A stretch of DNA of 64,000 bases. It comes from Chloroflexota bacterium. Its GTDB lineage: Bacteria; Chloroflexota; Dehalococcoidia; Lucifugimonadales; Lucifugimonadaceae. Shown here piece after piece: positions 60,411 to 64,000 of this stretch. The stretch spans positions 1 to 64,000 of the forward strand of contig PBHC01000012.1 in the NCBI GenBank assembly GCA_002719295.1. Reading direction: 5' to 3'. Made by a program: the position numbers and the translations under genes. Numbering within the stretch: the stretch's first letter is position 1; each line of letters opens with the position of its first letter. A model generated the notes under the pieces. It made no database searches. It was not told where the DNA came from and saw only the letters and a list, made by a program, of their open reading frames with translations.

Positions 60411-61607
60411 ATGAAGTCAACACAAGATTATAAAGATTTAGAAAAAAAATATTATATGCAGGTTGTAAATAGAATGCCACCTGTATTAGTTGAGGGAGAA
60501 GGAACTGTTGTTAGAGATAATGATGGTAAAGAATACTTAGATTTTACAGCTGGTTGGGCTGTATTAAACTTAGGTCATTCTCATGAATCTGTAACACAAG
60601 CTATAAAAGATCAAGCTGGAAAAATTTTACAAATGAGTAACCTTTACTATACTACGCCTCAACTTTCACTTGCAGAAACAATTGTAGAAAATTCAGCTGT
60701 GGATAGAGTCTTTTTTTGTAATTCAGGCGCAGAAGCAAATGAAGGCGCTACCAAACTTGCTAGAAAATGGGGTAAAAAGAAATTAAATGGAGCTTTTGAA
60801 ATCATAACTACCTTAAATTCATTTCATGGAAGAACTCAAGCTATGATGGCAGCAACTGGTCAACCCCACTATCAGGATAATTGGAGACCTCTAATGCCTG
60901 GATTTGTAAATGTAGAGTACAACAATATTGATCAAATAAAGAATGCTTACAATGACAATACTTGTGCAGTAATGATTGAACCTTTGCAAGGAGAAGGAGG
61001 AGTTAATGTTCCAAGTGACGGATACCTAAAGGAAGTTCAAGAGTTTTGTAAATCAAAAAACATTTTATTTATATTAGATGAAGTTCAAACAGGAATGGGA
61101 CGCTTGGGTACATTATTTGGCTACCAGAGATTTGATGGAGTGGAACCTGATGTTATGACACTTGCGAAAGCTTTAGGATCTGGAGCTCCATTAGGTGCTT
61201 TTTGTTCAAAAGAATTTTGTTCTGTTTTAGAACCTGGAGACCATGGCTCTACTTTTGGAGGGAATGCATTGACAACTGCAGCAGGTGCAGCAGCAGCAAA
61301 ATTTATGGTTGAAAATGATATTCCTGCTTTAGCTCATAAATCAGGAGACTATATGAAGGGTAAATTATCCTTATTAATGGATAAATTTTCTTTTATTACT
61401 GAAGTAAGAGGAATGGGATTATTAATTGGACTTGAGATGAATCAAGATTTTTCTTCAAAAATTGTTGCAGAAGCGCTTGATGCAGGTTTATTAATTAATG
61501 CTGTTAGGCCAAACATGATTAGATTTATGCCACCATTAAATGTTTCTACACAAGAGATTGATTCTGCTGTAAAAATAATTGAATCTATATTAGAAGGATT
61601 GAAATAA
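60411..61607 (+). CDS. argD: Acetylornithine aminotransferase; start ATG 60411 after GGAG
   Basis: NSGAEANE, SFHGRT, EPLQGEGG, DEVQTG, TLAKALG, HGSTFGGN. Confidence 0.93.
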   Translation: MKSTQDYKDLEKKYYMQVVNRMPPVLVEGEGTVVRDNDGKEYLDFTAGWAVLNLGHSHESVTQAIKDQAGKILQMSNLYYTTPQLSLAETIVENSAVDRVFFCNSGAEANEGATKLARKWGKKKLNGAFEIITTLNSFHGRTQAMMAATGQPHYQDNWRPLMPGFVNVEYNNIDQIKNAYNDNTCAVMIEPLQGEGGVNVPSDGYLKEVQEFCKSKNILFILDEVQTGMGRLGTLFGYQRFDGVEPDVMTLAKALGSGAPLGAFCSKEFCSVLEPGDHGSTFGGNALTTAAGAAAAKFMVENDIPALAHKSGDYMKGKLSLLMDKFSFITEVRGMGLLIGLEMNQDFSSKIVAEALDAGLLINAVRPNMIRFMPPLNVSTQEIDSAVKIIESILEGLK

Positions 61608-61608
61608 T

Positions 61609-62826
61609 ATGTCAAAAGGTAAATGCGTATTAGCTTATAGCGGAGGGATGGATTCAACCATTTCAGTTGTTTGGATTAGAGAAAACTATGATCTTGATGT
61701 AATTACTCTAACAGTTGATTTGGGTGCAGGGCCTGAGATTGAAGGTGTGGCAGAAAAAGCTAAAAAGGCAGGAGCTATAGATTCAGTAATTTTGGATGTA
61801 AAAGATGAATTTGTAAATGAGTATGTTTTCCCAGGGCTTAAGGCAGGAGCAATGTATGAGGATGTATATGCTTTGTCCACAGCTTTTGCAAGACCTCTCA
61901 TGTCAAAAAAATTAGTTGAAACTGCTAGAAAATATGGAGCAGAGTATGTTTCTCATGGATGCACAGGTAAAGGAAATGATCAAGTAAGATTTGATGCATC
62001 AATTATGACTCTCTCTGGTGACGGAGATTCTATAAAAATAATAGCCCCTGCTAGAGAATGGGGAATGACTCGAGATGAAGAAAAAGAATATGCTAATAAG
62101 GCAGGTTTAGAAATAAGAGAAGTTGGTAATAATAGAGTGTACTCTATTGATAGAAATTTATGGGGCTTAGCTATAGAAGGAGAAGACTTGGAAGATACTT
62201 GGGTTGCTCCTCCTGAAGATGCATTTTCTTGGACATCTAGTATAGAAAATGCTCCTAATGAACAAGAAATAATAGAAATTGGTTTTGAAAAAGGAATTCC
62301 TGTTTCTTTGAATAATAAGGAAATGTCAGGAGTAAAACTAATCGATGAATTAAATGTTATAGCAGGAAAACATGGCATTGGTAGAGTAGACCATTTAGAA
62401 AACAGATTAGTTGGAATTAAAAGCAGAGAAGTTTATGAAACGCCTGCAGCAGTAGTTTTATATCAAGCTATAGCAGCTTTAGAAACGGCAACTTTATCAA
62501 GAGAACAACAGAGGATTAAATCTTCTCTTTCCACAACATTTTCTGATTTGGTTTACGATGGAAGATGGTTTACAAACTTAAGAGAAAATATTCAAGCATT
62601 TATGGATGATACTCAGAAATTTACTTCAGGAAATGTAAAACTTAAGCTCTACAAAGGTAGTTCTACAGTAATTGGTAGAAAATCTAGATTTTCACTATAT
62701 GATTATAATATGTCTACATATTCTACTACTGATAGTTTTAATCATGGATCAGCAGAAGGTTTTATAGATATATATTCATTACCAGCTAGAATGCAGGCAA
62801 AAAAACAAAAATATAATGATTTATAA
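61609..62826 (+). CDS. argG: Argininosuccinate synthase
   Basis: LAYSGGMDS, HGCTGKGNDQVRF, SIDRNLWG, ENRLVGIKSREVYE. Confidence 0.97.
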   Translation: MSKGKCVLAYSGGMDSTISVVWIRENYDLDVITLTVDLGAGPEIEGVAEKAKKAGAIDSVILDVKDEFVNEYVFPGLKAGAMYEDVYALSTAFARPLMSKKLVETARKYGAEYVSHGCTGKGNDQVRFDASIMTLSGDGDSIKIIAPAREWGMTRDEEKEYANKAGLEIREVGNNRVYSIDRNLWGLAIEGEDLEDTWVAPPEDAFSWTSSIENAPNEQEIIEIGFEKGIPVSLNNKEMSGVKLIDELNVIAGKHGIGRVDHLENRLVGIKSREVYETPAAVVLYQAIAALETATLSREQQRIKSSLSTTFSDLVYDGRWFTNLRENIQAFMDDTQKFTSGNVKLKLYKGSSTVIGRKSRFSLYDYNMSTYSTTDSFNHGSAEGFIDIYSLPARMQAKKQKYNDL

Positions 62827-62828
62827 AT

Positions 62829-64000
62829 TTGAAAAAAGATAATAAAAATAAAACTTCATCTGTCCAAGGTGGGGAAATTTTCGGAGAATTTACAAGTTCT
62901 TTTGATACTGATATTAGAATGTATAAAGAAGATATATCTGTTTCAATTGCTTACTCCAAAATGTTGGAAAAAATAAATTTAATTACTTCATCAGAATGTA
63001 AGAGTATCGTTAATGGTTTAAATGAGATATTAAAAGAAATTCAACAAAAAAAGTTTAATTGGAATAGTAGTTTAGAAGACATACATCTAAATATAGAAAA
63101 AGCTTTATACGAAAAAATAGGAGATACAGCAGGAAAATTACATTTTGGAAGATCAAGAAATGATCAAGTAGCAACAGATGTAAAGTTGTACATGAAAAAT
63201 AGATTAACTGATGTAAGAAATGAGTTGATATTATTTTTAGAAGAAACTATTTCTCTGGCTGATGAAAATATTTCAATAATTATGCCTGGTTATACTCACT
63301 TACAAAAAGGACAGCCAGTACTTCTATCTCAATATCTAATGGCATATTTTACTATGTTATCTAGAGATTTAGATAGAGTTGATCAATGTTTTGAAAACTT
63401 AGATATTATGCCATTAGGATCTGGTGCATTTGCCGGTGTTACTATACCTATTGATAGAGAATTTTTAGCTAAGGAACTAGGTTTTACTAAAATATCAAGC
63501 AACTCAATTGATGCGGTTTCTTCTAGGGACCACATTTTGGACGTTCATTATGTTTGCACCTCAACTATATTGAATTTATCTAGAATATGTGAAGAATTTA
63601 TTATTTGGTCTACAGATGAGTTTGATTTTATAAACCTCCCAGAAAAATTTACAACAGGTTCTAGCATAATGCCTCAGAAAAGGAATCCTGATTATTTAGA
63701 ATTAATTCGTGGAAAATCAGGAGGAGTGTTAGGGAATTTTATGGGTCTTATGGCAACTTTAAAAGCTTTGCCATTTACTTATAATAGAGATTTGCAAGAA
63801 GATAGAAGCGGCGTGATGTTATCTTTAGATGTTTTATTAGATAGTTTAAAGGTTTTAAAAACTATGTTTTCTGAAATTACTTTCAATAAGGAAAAAATGC
63901 TTGAATCTTCATTAAAATCTGATATCTTAGCAACAGATTTTGCAGACTACCTAGCATATAAAAAAATCCCCTTCAGAGAAGCTTATGAAATTATAAAAAA
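62829..64000 (+). CDS. argH: Argininosuccinate lyase, 5' part running off the window end; absent from the ORF track
   Basis: TTG 62829; EDIH, GRSRNDQVATD, MPGYTHLQ, GSSIMPQKRNPD, YNRDLQED. Confidence 0.95.
   Translation, partial: MKKDNKNKTSSVQGGEIFGEFTSSFDTDIRMYKEDISVSIAYSKMLEKINLITSSECKSIVNGLNEILKEIQQKKFNWNSSLEDIHLNIEKALYEKIGDTAGKLHFGRSRNDQVATDVKLYMKNRLTDVRNELILFLEETISLADENISIIMPGYTHLQKGQPVLLSQYLMAYFTMLSRDLDRVDQCFENLDIMPLGSGAFAGVTIPIDREFLAKELGFTKISSNSIDAVSSRDHILDVHYVCTSTILNLSRICEEFIIWSTDEFDFINLPEKFTTGSSIMPQKRNPDYLELIRGKSGGVLGNFMGLMATLKALPFTYNRDLQEDRSGVMLSLDVLLDSLKVLKTMFSEITFNKEKMLESSLKSDILATDFADYLAYKKIPFREAYEIIK

Noticed and set aside
743..62378. Many short antisense or overlapping ORFs in the track (e.g. 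6149-6586, 22397-22834, 23376-24053, 28010-28492, 61980-62378)
   Set aside because: They lie opposite well-supported genes, are rich in S/I/F/L as expected for shadows of AT-rich coding strands, and show no motifs

Overview
Strongly AT-rich, very gene-dense bacterial chromosome segment. There is no mobile element, prophage or CRISPR array. Gene content and order (holB-cmk-plsC-dGTPase-dnaG-rpoD, YtxH, Lit, signal-less DUF1800/DUF1501, sulfatase, enolase-superfamily and flavin-monooxygenase paralogs) suggest a streamlined marine Chloroflexota (SAR202/Dehalococcoidia-like) genome; this is inference, not a database result. The left third is catabolic or accessory: tRNA-Asp, flavin monooxygenase, crotonase, S9 peptidase, a Liv-type ABC transporter, and a 10-kb minus-strand run (xylonate-type dehydratase, Eis acetyltransferase, HMA-MauE, small membrane protein, DUF1800, NHL, DUF1501, sulfatase, Udh-like SDR). 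It also holds a small-ORF and hairpin-rich patch around ppnP. The rest is mostly housekeeping: mfd, proBA, thrB, lysC, recF, selD, lysA, dnaG/rpoD, pheA, Trk/Ktr, MetF plus pterin methyltransferase, ileS, trxB, argJBDGH. The ORF track misses several things visible in the DNA: selD is a selenoprotein (in-frame UGA16 in CGGU, followed by a SECIS-like hairpin), recF appears to start at AUA, a 28-aa membrane peptide is translationally coupled at 20367, a ~100-nt sRNA candidate lies at 21053-21154, and several genes look leaderless from 23-25 bp divergent gaps. Gene calls rest on recognised motifs only; no searches were run.
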